Shown in pieces: positions 10,356 through 20,245 of a stretch of 64,000 nucleotides of DNA (positions are counted from its first letter, which is position 1; each line of letters opens with the position of its first letter). Location: NCBI GenBank assembly GCA_965644295.1, contig CBFFRP010000180.1, positions 44,794-108,793 of the forward strand. The letters are read 5' to 3'. The stretch is from Paraphysomonas bandaiensis. Taxonomy: Eukaryota > Protista > Chrysophyceae. The notes below the pieces were generated by a model. That model searched no databases, had not been told where the DNA came from, and saw only the letters and a program-made list of their open reading frames with translations. A program made the position numbers and the translations under genes.

Positions 10356-11090
10356 TTATTCTATATCAAGCTCTAGAGTTAAAGACCAATGAACTCCATT
10401 CAGATCAAGCACATCATCATCTTGATCCGTGAGTTTAACATGTAAATTTGTTAAATTATGAACATTATAGATCATATTACGAACATTGTATATATTAGAG
10501 TAACTGATCATACTGTGATGGGAAGAATCTACAGGAATACTGCATAATATATTACTTTTATTAGGTGTTGAATTGTTAATATTATTGATTTGAAAGTTAT
10601 CAGATGTAACATAAACATTTCTAATTGTGAATAAATTAATTGATATGGTACTTGTAAGCACTTGTGACGTTGACGAGTATGTTGTATCATCTGTAAAACC
10701 AAGAACTTCAAAACAAGTACTATTCGATTCAAATGTAAAATCATATGTACTATGTGAAAAGGTTAATTTGTTTGTTTTGCTGTTATATGTGATTGTCAAA
10801 GCGGGTATGCCAGTTGTAATTTCTGTTATCAAGGTATTAACGTTATAATTTCCTTCTGTAATAGTTAATGTTTGTACTCCACCACCATTGACTGTATATT
10901 TTAAAGTGTTATTAATTGAACTAATGTTGTAAAATGAATAGGGTATCATCGCCGTTTGAACTGAACAAAATATCTTTCTATGTTTTGGAATATTGATGAC
11001 CGGTAAATAAAAAACACAATCCGATGTATTGCCGTTAATATATTTACTCGCCGTCTTGCTGTTCAGAAAGAGACATATCTTTTCGCTCAT
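10356..11090 (-). CDS. PLV minor capsid protein (penton)
   Basis: LFLNSK, IPYSFYNI..NNTL, ITEGNY, LGF, NILCSIPV, LTDQDDDVLDLNGVHWSLTLEL. Confidence 0.88.
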   Translation of the reverse strand: MSEKICLFLNSKTASKYINGNTSDCVFYLPVINIPKHRKIFCSVQTAMIPYSFYNISSINNTLKYTVNGGGVQTLTITEGNYNVNTLITEITTGIPALTITYNSKTNKLTFSHSTYDFTFESNSTCFEVLGFTDDTTYSSTSQVLTSTISINLFTIRNVYVTSDNFQINNINNSTPNKSNILCSIPVDSSHHSMISYSNIYNVRNMIYNVHNLTNLHVKLTDQDDDVLDLNGVHWSLTLELDIE

Positions 11091-11424
11091 CTATATTATT
11101 ACAATCATATATTTTTCTATTCATTAACTCCTCTAGTGGAGAATCACTTATATTTTCAGCAATAGTTTCAAGTACTTGTTGCCATCCTGGAATGTGAAAA
11201 CCTGTTCCATTTGGCATATTGTTTAATACGTGACTTATTCCTCGTCTTTTAAAAGAATCGTTGTAGTGTAACATATTTATATCTATAACTTCATCTAAGC
11301 GTTTTGGTCTGACCTGATAATCAAGTTCATCCGGTAGTTCATCCTCTGAGTCGGATGATAAATAATACTGCGTTTCAGAATCATATTGCAATTCGGTTGA
11401 ATCATTTTCTGTATCACTGTTCAT
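11044..11424 (-). CDS. PLV hypothetical acidic protein
   Basis: 126-aa ORF with TATATATAATG start. Confidence 0.65.
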   Translation of the reverse strand: MNSDTENDSTELQYDSETQYYLSSDSEDELPDELDYQVRPKRLDEVIDINMLHYNDSFKRRGISHVLNNMPNGTGFHIPGWQQVLETIAENISDSPLEELMNRKIYDCNNIDERKDMSLSEQQDGE

Positions 11425-11443
11425 TATATATATTAATTAGATA

Positions 11444-12175
11444 TTAATTATTATCAATTGATAGCGTGTTAAAGTTTTTAAATAATTTGTTTTCAACTGT
11501 ATCCACATCTAAATGATTATAGTTTTTATCATAAACATAATCATAGAGCTCAACAGCATTATCTTTTGTCATATTTAATAGTTCTGATGTTACAACTGTC
11601 CACTCTTGTTGATTTTTAGGTTTAAACAAAGTCATGTTAGTTATTTGTTTTCTCAATGTTAATGGAAATAAATTGTATGATTGTAATGTAAAAACAAAAG
11701 CTGTATTTAAATGTCTTGCTTTGATAAGCATTCTGTTCAAATGTTTAATTAAAACATTGTCTTTTAAATGATTTGCATAATCATCAATAATAACTAAATT
11801 ATATTCTGGAGGAATACCCTGCTCTATATTACTTTCTTTTAAGTTTGATAATTCATCATATATTATATCCAATAATTCCGGTGTTAATTCATGATATACC
11901 TTTCCATGCTCACTAAAAGGATGTTTTTCTACACTGAGAAAGCTACTCTGTGGGGTGATTAAGTATATATTATCAAATTTGGCTCTGTAAAATCTAGATG
12001 ACTTAAACATTGACAATAATAAACTTGTTTTTCCTGATCCACCAGATCCTATTAAAGTATATATAAACCCATTTCGATGTGGTAAGTGTTCATTGATGTT
12101 TGGTATATAGACGTCCATAACTTCTTTAATAGGTGCTGTATTAGGCAAATCAGAAGGTGTTTCTGTTATTTTCAT
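11444..12175 (-). CDS. A32-like (FtsK/HerA) genome-packaging ATPase
   Basis: Walker A GSGGSGKTS, Walker B LVIIDD, KARHLN..FVFTLQ, LRKQIT. Confidence 0.9.
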   Translation of the reverse strand: MKITETPSDLPNTAPIKEVMDVYIPNINEHLPHRNGFIYTLIGSGGSGKTSLLLSMFKSSRFYRAKFDNIYLITPQSSFLSVEKHPFSEHGKVYHELTPELLDIIYDELSNLKESNIEQGIPPEYNLVIIDDYANHLKDNVLIKHLNRMLIKARHLNTAFVFTLQSYNLFPLTLRKQITNMTLFKPKNQQEWTVVTSELLNMTKDNAVELYDYVYDKNYNHLDVDTVENKLFKNFNTLSIDNN

Positions 12176-12233
12176 TATATTATGAGTAAATATATTAATA
12201 TTTTGTAAATATTTTTTCTACAGTAACTATATA

Positions 12234-12788
12234 ATGGTAGAACCCGAAGAATATATAGAAGAATCAATTCCTTTAACAAAGCCGAAAAGACAGGTCAAAC
12301 AACTCGCAACCATACCAGAGGAGCCTGTTAACACACCCCAAGCACCTATTCAGTCCGCTCCTGTGAAAAAGAAAAGAGTGATGACAAAGCCTAAAACACA
12401 AGCCCAACTACAAGCATTTGAAAAGGCTAGACAAAAGAGAGCAGAGAATGCTGCAAAGAGGCAACAAGAAAAGGAATTACATTATGCAAAATTATTAGCC
12501 AAACATCAAGAAGAACAATCAGTACCGGAGACAGCTCCTAAACCAGAGCCAGCACCAAGGCCTGTTGTTAAACGAGCTCCAAGGCAAAAAATAATATATG
12601 ATGATTCAGAATCAGATGAAGAGGTTATAGTTGTTAAAAGACCATCCAAAAGAAAACCAAAAAAGAAAACAATTGTGGTTGAATCATCAGAATCTGAATC
12701 AGAATCAGAAGATGAACAAGTATCTATACAAAGACAACCCGCTACACAAAGACATGTGACATTTAATTCAGATGATTATTTCGCATAA
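12234..12788 (+). CDS. PLV low-complexity K/E/S-rich protein (ends SDDYFA)
   Basis: 184-aa ORF; KPKTQAQLQAFEKARQKR; TATATAATG start. Confidence 0.75.
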   Translation: MVEPEEYIEESIPLTKPKRQVKQLATIPEEPVNTPQAPIQSAPVKKKRVMTKPKTQAQLQAFEKARQKRAENAAKRQQEKELHYAKLLAKHQEEQSVPETAPKPEPAPRPVVKRAPRQKIIYDDSESDEEVIVVKRPSKRKPKKKTIVVESSESESESEDEQVSIQRQPATQRHVTFNSDDYFA

Positions 12789-12817
12789 TATTATCTTTCA
12801 CTATTATATAAATACTA

Positions 12818-13888
12818 ATGAAGGAGAAGAAAATCTATTTATCTCTTGACGACTTACATAAACTTTATGGTATTGCACCAGATTTGATTTTAAAAAGAAA
12901 AAGAACAAAGAAAAAGCGCAAAGCTAAAGGGAAAAAGAAAACTAATTTTGGTACAGGTGTAAATAAGCAATTTGGTGGGGGCGGAATAGGAGGTGTTTCC
13001 GGTGTGGGTGCTGTACATAGCTCAACCATTGACAGAAGAGAGATTGATATATTGCGAGGACAGTTAAATGAAGCTAAAAACAATCCAAAGAATCCCGCCA
13101 ATGAAGGAGTGTTGAGACTTGAAAATGTACCAGAAGAGTTAAAAGAGACTTTCAAATTTGCAAAATTAGCTAATGACGGGTATGCGTCTGGAAATATTAA
13201 AGTCTCTAAATCTCCAGCTGGAAATTTAATAATGGGTCCAACATCTCAAAAACAAAAAACTGCGCAACGAAGAAGAGCCATTGATATATCCAGCAGGGCA
13301 GATCATACCATCAACCCCGCACCACCAATATCTACAAGTAATGATATGACTTATACACAGCCATTAGAATTTAAATCAAATGATCAGGTGGAAGAATTAG
13401 ACGATGATTTTGAAGATGATGTTGAGGATTTGCCTTTAGAGCCAAAAACTAAATTAGCTAAACCAAAAGGCAGAACTCAAAAACAGAAAGAAGCAACAAA
13501 ACAATTAGTTCAACGTAGTAAAGACAAGAAAAGCGAAAGATTGAACAGAGAAGGTATGGAGGCAGAGGACTATGATGCCGATAAAGCAATTAGAGCCAAA
13601 AATCACTTTGAAAAAAGACATATGAGGCAAGGATTAGAAGGCTTGTATGTCAATAATGACCCACAAACTAAGCAAATGAATGACATTAGAAAAACAGAAA
13701 TGAATATAAAACAAAAAGATGAAATAGAGGATGAGAACATGCATAAACTAAGAACAAAGCATCATGTCCGAACTCATAAAATCAAGCCACCAAGCACACC
13801 GGTTCCAGCAGAATATTTTACTCCTAGAAAAGTTGAATTTGGTTGGGGTGATTGGAGCAGTAATAACTCAGATGATGGTTTCGCTTAA
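12818..13888 (+). CDS. PLV basic/disordered protein (ends SDDGFA), possible core protein
   Basis: 356-aa ORF with KRKRTKKKRK stretch. Confidence 0.75.
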   Translation: MKEKKIYLSLDDLHKLYGIAPDLILKRKRTKKKRKAKGKKKTNFGTGVNKQFGGGGIGGVSGVGAVHSSTIDRREIDILRGQLNEAKNNPKNPANEGVLRLENVPEELKETFKFAKLANDGYASGNIKVSKSPAGNLIMGPTSQKQKTAQRRRAIDISSRADHTINPAPPISTSNDMTYTQPLEFKSNDQVEELDDDFEDDVEDLPLEPKTKLAKPKGRTQKQKEATKQLVQRSKDKKSERLNREGMEAEDYDADKAIRAKNHFEKRHMRQGLEGLYVNNDPQTKQMNDIRKTEMNIKQKDEIEDENMHKLRTKHHVRTHKIKPPSTPVPAEYFTPRKVEFGWGDWSSNNSDDGFA

Positions 13889-13927
13889 ATATAAAATGTT
13901 TAAATATTTTGTGTCACAATTATATAA

Positions 13928-14431
13928 ATGAGAAAAGTAGTTATTAAAGACAACGACAACAACAGACCTCTTGGAGTTGAAGAAACTAAAGAGATAGAAG
14001 CTGAAGTTAAACGTGAATGTAGTTTCAGACATCGATCGATTCCAGACAAAAAACTATTTAATGTTGAGTTAAATGGACTTTCTGACAAAATTAAAGAAAT
14101 TAAACTTGAAAATCAACAGTACGAATTAGTCACTAAAATTCAATCTGTTTTAGATCTCTTTGATCCTGATTCGAATAAATACAATGAACAAATTCTATTA
14201 TTTACTTGTCAAGCAGTTGAAAATTTTATCACAAAACCGAAATCTGGTGATAGAAAACTAGCGGTTGTAGTTGAAGCGGTTAAAAAATATTTCAATAATG
14301 ACATAGAATTAATTGTCAAAATGGTTGAAATATTACTACCACGAATTAAAAAAATGAATTTTATTAGGCGTAATTGGAAGAGAGTAGCACGTTTTTTTTG
14401 CGGTCAGCAGCAGAGCGAGCCGTTGATATAG
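13928..14431 (+). CDS. PLV hypothetical protein; possible -1 frameshift extension to 14487
   Basis: 167-aa ORF; T8 run at 14392-14399. Confidence 0.75.
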   Translation: MRKVVIKDNDNNRPLGVEETKEIEAEVKRECSFRHRSIPDKKLFNVELNGLSDKIKEIKLENQQYELVTKIQSVLDLFDPDSNKYNEQILLFTCQAVENFITKPKSGDRKLAVVVEAVKKYFNNDIELIVKMVEILLPRIKKMNFIRRNWKRVARFFCGQQQSEPLI

Positions 14432-14510
14432 CTATAACAAAAGCTTTTAAAATATTACTATTACCTATGATACTTGCCATTTTATAATTTTATTGATTAT
14501 TGATATAATA

Positions 14511-14777
14511 ATGAATAAAGAGAAACTTAAACAGTATAATCATGAATATTACTTAAAGAACAGAGACACATTATTGATTCGAAATAGAATTTACTATTTT
14601 AATAATAAAGCTAAATGTAATGAGTATGCTAGAAACTATTATTATAAAAAAATTAAAACACTTAAAGGGGATGAAGAATATAAGAAATGGGTACACACAA
14701 AAAAGGATACCAAAAGGAAAAAACAGAAAAAATATAAAGTTATCGATGATGATACATTTATAATAAATTTTACTTAA
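14511..14777 (+). CDS. PLV small K/Y-rich protein
   Basis: MNKEKLKQYNHEYYLKNRD, a YYxKN repeat type common in large DNA viruses. Confidence 0.6.
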   Translation: MNKEKLKQYNHEYYLKNRDTLLIRNRIYYFNNKAKCNEYARNYYYKKIKTLKGDEEYKKWVHTKKDTKRKKQKKYKVIDDDTFIINFT

Positions 14778-15190
14778 AGATTTCTATGTTTACTTGAACA
14801 TTTATGTTTAGTTTTTTGAGATTCTGGAAATGATTCTTGACATCCCCAACAATACATCAATGGATCAGTTTCACGAGAAGGTCGTTTACTGACCGCGCCT
14901 CTTGAACCAGCAGGGAGCTGATGCTTCAGCGAGTCGTCTTGTTTAGATTTCTTGATGTCTTCTAATTCTTGTTTTATTGCTTCTAATTCGCTTGAAACAT
15001 TTAATTTTGCTTGTCTTCTCTCTGCCGTTGTCATGCATACTTTTGATGTTTGATGTTTCTTCATATTTTGATGTGATACTATTCTGCCACATTTTAAACA
15101 TTCTTCTTTTTCAAATAGCTTTGCACATATTGCGCTTTTCTTTTCAGCGTAGTATTTTTTATTATACTCTCTTCTTGATTCTTTGTTCAT
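14774..15190 (-). CDS. PLV Zn-finger protein
   Basis: CLKCG...HQTSKVC and CWGC...HKC. Confidence 0.7.
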   Translation of the reverse strand: MNKESRREYNKKYYAEKKSAICAKLFEKEECLKCGRIVSHQNMKKHQTSKVCMTTAERRQAKLNVSSELEAIKQELEDIKKSKQDDSLKHQLPAGSRGAVSKRPSRETDPLMYCWGCQESFPESQKTKHKCSSKHRNL

Positions 15191-15280
15191 TATACTATAC
15201 TCTTATATATTAATTTCTTTTTAAGTGTTTTTTACTAAATTAGTTTATTTATATTTTTTATATGTGTATTATATATCATT

Positions 15281-16327
15281 ATGAATGATCTTATTAAAAA
15301 ATATGATATCGATGAAACATTAACAAGACCAATTAAACAAGCCAAGAAGAAAAGATATAATCGAATAAAAGATAATATACCACTTAAAGAAGATTATAAC
15401 TTCATGGCGGATGTGTTGCATTTACCAAAAGATAAAAAAGGATATCAATATTTATTAGTTGTTGTTGATTTGGCAACTGATGAGTTTGATATGGAACCAA
15501 TGAAAACAGAAAACTCTGATGAAACTTTAAAAGCAATAAAGGCTATATTTCAACGTAATCATCTTAATAAACCGTACGCTTCTATTCGAACAGATGGCGG
15601 TGCATCATTTAAAAAAGGTTTTGCAAAATATTTGTACGACGAAAGTATTTTACATAGCGTTGCATTAGCGGGACGACATAAACAAATGTCAGCAGTGGAG
15701 AGTTTAAATAGAACATTAGGCAGATTTTTTAATGGTTATATGAATAGCATTGAGTTAAAAACTGGAAAAATTTATAGAGAATGGACTGATATAGTTGATA
15801 AGCTAAGAATAGATTTGAATAAACTAAGGAAGAAAGATGTGTCTAATATTGACTTGGCAACACATAAGTATCCTGTTCCAGACACAACCAAATCAAAACC
15901 TAAATATAATGTGGGTGACTTTGTGTATCGAAAATTAGACAAACCCAAAAATGCTTTAAATGAAACTATTAATTCTGATGTGTTTCGAGAAGGTGACTTC
16001 CGCTTTGACCCTATACCTGTAAAAATTAAACAAATATTGTATTATCCTGGAAAAGTTACATACAGATATATGTTAAGTGGTATTAAAAATGCATCCTTTA
16101 CAGAAGATGAATTAATGCCTGCACCTGATGCCGAAGAAGAACAAGTTGAAATTAAAATGATTCTTGATAAACGATTTTTTGATGGCGAAGATCATTATCA
16201 AGTTTGGATGTATGGAGAGTTAAAAAAAGACGCGGGATGGTATGCTAAAAGTGATTTACTAAAAACTGTTGATAAAAAGTTATTAGATGATTTTGATAAA
16301 AGCATTAAGAAAAAGAAAAAACGTTAA
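15281..16327 (+). CDS. Retroviral-type (rve) integrase with C-terminal chromodomain
   Basis: DDE triad in FMADVL / IRTDGG / SAVESLNRTL; YLLVVVD; PKYNVGDFV; chromo-like EIKMILDKR...YQVWMYG....GWYAKSDL. Confidence 0.92.
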   Translation: MNDLIKKYDIDETLTRPIKQAKKKRYNRIKDNIPLKEDYNFMADVLHLPKDKKGYQYLLVVVDLATDEFDMEPMKTENSDETLKAIKAIFQRNHLNKPYASIRTDGGASFKKGFAKYLYDESILHSVALAGRHKQMSAVESLNRTLGRFFNGYMNSIELKTGKIYREWTDIVDKLRIDLNKLRKKDVSNIDLATHKYPVPDTTKSKPKYNVGDFVYRKLDKPKNALNETINSDVFREGDFRFDPIPVKIKQILYYPGKVTYRYMLSGIKNASFTEDELMPAPDAEEEQVEIKMILDKRFFDGEDHYQVWMYGELKKDAGWYAKSDLLKTVDKKLLDDFDKSIKKKKKR

Positions 16328-17574
16328 CAACATTCTTTAATATGTGATTTTATGTCTTTGTATTTAAGTCGCTCGTCACACTTTGGACATATATGATCGT
16401 ATCCATTTACATGTCTCCATTCAATCAGACCCAAAGTTTTATCTTCTCGCAATAGATTGGGTATATCTAATTTTGGATCTTTCTTAAAGACAACACAGTC
16501 GGTGTGAATACGAATGACGTTGTCAATATCCTTCAATGCCACTTCTGCTATTTTGTTTCTTGCATATGAAAGCAAAAAAGGAAGCAGTCTAATATTGTAT
16601 TTAAAAGGATTATTTGAATCTAAAAGTTTATAATTCTCTTCATCGTTACTATGTGCTGACATATACTTATCATGTACAATATAATCGCATTCTTTTGTAT
16701 ATCCCCAGTCATAACCTTCTTTTTCTAATTCATCATATGATTTATATATCATATTGTACTGCGTTAACGTTCCCCATAGCGATGACATCAAATGTTTTAC
16801 AAGTTTGTTGTTGGGATACAACTTTTTTAACTGAATTAAACGATTGTACCATTCTCCAAATATTTCACTAGCTTTTACTAAATCTTTTGTTCTGTATATG
16901 TATGCGTTTGGTTTATCATCAACAATTAACTCAATATTTACATCAAATTTCCTTTTGTATTTCATTGCATGTTTTAGAGATATATGAGTATATGTATGTT
17001 TTGGAGAAAATGAAAATATCTTTTTAAAGTTTTTATTATCAGATGTAATTTTAACTCTGTATATTCCGTATTTAAGTTTAGAACGTTTCTTTAACTTCTT
17101 TAAATATTTTTCTTTTCCTTTCTTTGTAGGTATTAAAAAGTTATCATCTATTAGTAGAGATGGATAAAATCCACTAAAATCGTATCCATATGAATTAAAT
17201 ACTCCCGGCTCGCAAAACTGTAAACCTGCATTATAACAATCCTGAAAGTATCCATTTTCTATTTTTTTAATCCTTTCATGATGTTCATATTTTCCTTTAC
17301 AATATTGCACAAAGATACATTTAATAGCTCCCAAGTGAGAATGAAACTTTTTGTAATTAATTGACAAGTTTTTAGTAAATCTCATCTCTCTACACCACGC
17401 CCTGAAATCTTTACCATACTGTTTTATTCCTTCATCTGATGCTTCGTATCCTTTAAACAATCGATAGGCATATTCTAATTTCATACATTTCTCATGTGAC
17501 ATGTCTGAAAAGATGTAGTTCTTAACATCTAAAACTCTGTACATGTCACTATTCATTTTATAATAAAAATACAT
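16324..17574 (-). CDS. Minimal family-B DNA polymerase (protein-primed type, no exonuclease domain)
   Basis: Motif A YDFSGFYPS, motif B KHLMSSLWG, motif C RIHTDC; TPR1/TPR2-sized inserts; only 416 aa; C-terminal CPKC..H..C. Confidence 0.82.
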   Translation of the reverse strand: MYFYYKMNSDMYRVLDVKNYIFSDMSHEKCMKLEYAYRLFKGYEASDEGIKQYGKDFRAWCREMRFTKNLSINYKKFHSHLGAIKCIFVQYCKGKYEHHERIKKIENGYFQDCYNAGLQFCEPGVFNSYGYDFSGFYPSLLIDDNFLIPTKKGKEKYLKKLKKRSKLKYGIYRVKITSDNKNFKKIFSFSPKHTYTHISLKHAMKYKRKFDVNIELIVDDKPNAYIYRTKDLVKASEIFGEWYNRLIQLKKLYPNNKLVKHLMSSLWGTLTQYNMIYKSYDELEKEGYDWGYTKECDYIVHDKYMSAHSNDEENYKLLDSNNPFKYNIRLLPFLLSYARNKIAEVALKDIDNVIRIHTDCVVFKKDPKLDIPNLLREDKTLGLIEWRHVNGYDHICPKCDERLKYKDIKSHIKECC

Positions 17575-17619
17575 TCTATATATTATTATTATATTAATTA
17601 TTTTTTAAGTAGTTTTATA

Positions 17620-17973
17620 TCAAAAATAATTATCCTCAATATCATCAGGTACAAATGCAGTAATTTGCAATTGTGAGAACTTTGAAAACTTATCTGTGTC
17701 TTTGACTTTATTTGCATAATACTCTTCTTCATCATCAACATTGAGGTCACTATAAAATCCTTTGAGTGTGCTCCATCTGGTTGCGTTTAAAGCGCGCACC
17801 ATAAATATTTTATTCGGATCTGCATTTTTTAATCCTTGTACAATATCGCGTATATCTTGAGCAGAGATATCATTCTTTTTGTCATTTCTGTACAATTGTA
17901 TTGTTCGTTCTTTTCCGTGCTTCACAGTTTTCTCTTTGATAATCTTTTTAGTATAAACAGACTTTTTTACCAT
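17620..17973 (-). CDS. PLV hypothetical protein between helicase and PolB
   Basis: 117-aa ORF with TATATATAATG start and upstream ACTTAA motif. Confidence 0.7.
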   Translation of the reverse strand: MVKKSVYTKKIIKEKTVKHGKERTIQLYRNDKKNDISAQDIRDIVQGLKNADPNKIFMVRALNATRWSTLKGFYSDLNVDDEEEYYANKVKDTDKFSKFSQLQITAFVPDDIEDNYF

Positions 17974-18015
17974 TATATATAACTAAACTATATATAATAA
18001 TTTTTTAAGTAGTTT

Positions 18016-19617
18016 TTAATTTAGTAAATCAATAATTTCATTTAATTCTTCTTTCTCAATTTTTTGTTGTTTAAATATATTTGTTTTAAATGTTTCAGGT
18101 ATGGGTTCATTGTCATAGTCAGAATCATATTCAAAAGTAACTTTCTTAACTTTGACCATCTTAGATTTTTTTAGTTTGACCTCTTCTGGTTCTCTTAATC
18201 TATACAATTCATCTTGAAGCTCTTTTATTTTTTCTTGTAATTTCATATAGTCTTCTGCTCTAACATACTGCGCTTTGTCATCTGATTTAATGTATTTTGG
18301 AATAGGTTCATTTACTTCTTCAACACCGTCGGTTAGTGTATAATACTTCTCTGAGATCAAATAATTTTCTAATTCTTTAATATTGCATCGGTACGATCTT
18401 CCTTTTTTAGTATTTATTTTTTTTACGACTTCGTGCTGTTTCATTTCTAGTCCAAACTTTGTAATATTAGTTTTGTATTCAAAGCCATTTTGTTTTAAAA
18501 ACAAACAATATCTATTATAGAAGTCTGTTGCGCTTGCTTTCAACTCTTCTGTTTTGTCTAATTCTTCTTGCATGACATTAACTAAAAATTGCGCTGTAAT
18601 GGGAATGTTTCTCTCTTGTAAGTCATTATAGTAAGACGTTATAGGTCTCTCTTTTTGAAATGACTTTACTTTAATTTTTCTATTCAATAAGTAATCATAA
18701 AATGCTCTGTCATATATTCCGCTGTTTATTTCGTCATGTAAATTGTTAAAATATTCTTCTGAATGCTTTTTCGATGGAATTTTTCTAGCAGTAAAACGCC
18801 TATCGTTATGTTCTATTTTAATGCTGTCAAAGTTGTTAGTTAAAACTACCCAATTTATATGATTTCTCTCGTGCCTTGTTTTTTCTTTCTTTATTCTAAT
18901 TGAATTTATATCTCTTGTAATTGCGTTTTTAATTGCCTCAATTATTTCATCCGTCTTTGCTCTTTTACTTTCATTTAGTACGATTAAGCATTTGTGTGAT
19001 ATATCTTCATTAAAGTTTCCACCAATCAACATATCAATATGATCCTCATTTAAATAGTATTCTGGTCCCAATATTTTAATACCAAAATGATTTAACCCTG
19101 TATCTTTACCATCTCCTGGTTTAGATTGTAGTGACATTGAAACATCTGTTTTATTACCTGTCTGTACTATATAAGCAAAATAATCCATTGCATAGTCAAA
19201 CATTTCATCACCAAATAGGTACTGATAATGTTTAAACATTAAACTATTTTCAAATTTAAGATCAGTCTTTTTTAATTTTGACGCTCTCCATCCGTTCCAT
19301 TGATTGTATTGATCATTTGATACTTCCTTACATGGCTCAAATACAATCTCTTTATATGTTCTTATACAAGGGTCTCGCATCCAATCGTTGACAAACATAC
19401 AATGTTTTTTCTCAGACACTTCTGTTCCGTCCTTCTTACTTTTCGTTTCAATCTTTGTATAAAATAAGTTTTCATACAATGTTAACATTTCGTGCTTGGA
19501 TCTCATTACAATCTTTTCATCAACAATTTGAACGTATGTAACGGGGTTAATAACTTTGAAGTGAGTCTTTTCAAAAGTAACTTTCAATTCTTTGTAAGAA
19601 ATTTCTTTACTTGTCAT
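18016..19617 (-). CDS. Superfamily 3 / D5-like helicase (DUF5906-type), no recognisable primase domain
   Basis: Walker A SKPGDGKDT, FNEDI, Walker B LIVLNE, motif C VVLTNN, DRRF. Confidence 0.85.
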   Translation of the reverse strand: MTSKEISYKELKVTFEKTHFKVINPVTYVQIVDEKIVMRSKHEMLTLYENLFYTKIETKSKKDGTEVSEKKHCMFVNDWMRDPCIRTYKEIVFEPCKEVSNDQYNQWNGWRASKLKKTDLKFENSLMFKHYQYLFGDEMFDYAMDYFAYIVQTGNKTDVSMSLQSKPGDGKDTGLNHFGIKILGPEYYLNEDHIDMLIGGNFNEDISHKCLIVLNESKRAKTDEIIEAIKNAITRDINSIRIKKEKTRHERNHINWVVLTNNFDSIKIEHNDRRFTARKIPSKKHSEEYFNNLHDEINSGIYDRAFYDYLLNRKIKVKSFQKERPITSYYNDLQERNIPITAQFLVNVMQEELDKTEELKASATDFYNRYCLFLKQNGFEYKTNITKFGLEMKQHEVVKKINTKKGRSYRCNIKELENYLISEKYYTLTDGVEEVNEPIPKYIKSDDKAQYVRAEDYMKLQEKIKELQDELYRLREPEEVKLKKSKMVKVKKVTFEYDSDYDNEPIPETFKTNIFKQQKIEKEELNEIIDLLN

Positions 19618-19681
19618 TTATATATAATACTATATATATAAATATTTCCTTAAGTATTTTTAAATTAAATTTATATTAAAA

Positions 19682-20245
19682 TTAATAACCTATCTCAATT
19701 GCGTAATTAATAAACTTAACTTTCTCAGGTTTGCTTATATTATTTATTTCACTACTTACAATTTCATCAATATTATCAATCCATTTCTTTTGTTTCTTAG
19801 ACAATTTATATTTTTTCCCCATAATTTTGTATTCTATTTTTTTTGTCATAATATCTTTATAAAATTTAGCGTCGTTTACACTAACAGCTTTTTGAAAGTA
19901 TGCATAAAATAATTTTGTGTATTTATTCCACCGACCGCATACTTTGCTAATAGTGTCAATTTTTATTTTCAATTCTTCTTGTTTAACATCTCGAACCCAA
20001 TGAGGATAGCAAACTGAACCAACACTAATTATTTCATCTGTTATTGTATTTTTCAGAAAGTGGGCTTTATGAATATTGACACCGCATATACATTTACAAG
20101 CCCCATAATCATATTCTTGATAGTTGTAATAAGTCCATTCTTTGTGACATTTTTTATATGTTTTAGAAACCGAATGTGATACCAATGCTTTTTTAAATGC
20201 GCAGTAGGCAGAATCTGACCTATTATCTTTTTCTCCTTTAGTCAT
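19682..20245 (-). CDS. PLV hypothetical Zn-binding protein
   Basis: CICG..I.....KN.IT.....VGSVC, a pattern recalled from giant-virus hypothetical proteins. Confidence 0.7.
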   Translation of the reverse strand: MTKGEKDNRSDSAYCAFKKALVSHSVSKTYKKCHKEWTYYNYQEYDYGACKCICGVNIHKAHFLKNTITDEIISVGSVCYPHWVRDVKQEELKIKIDTISKVCGRWNKYTKLFYAYFQKAVSVNDAKFYKDIMTKKIEYKIMGKKYKLSKKQKKWIDNIDEIVSSEINNISKPEKVKFINYAIEIGY

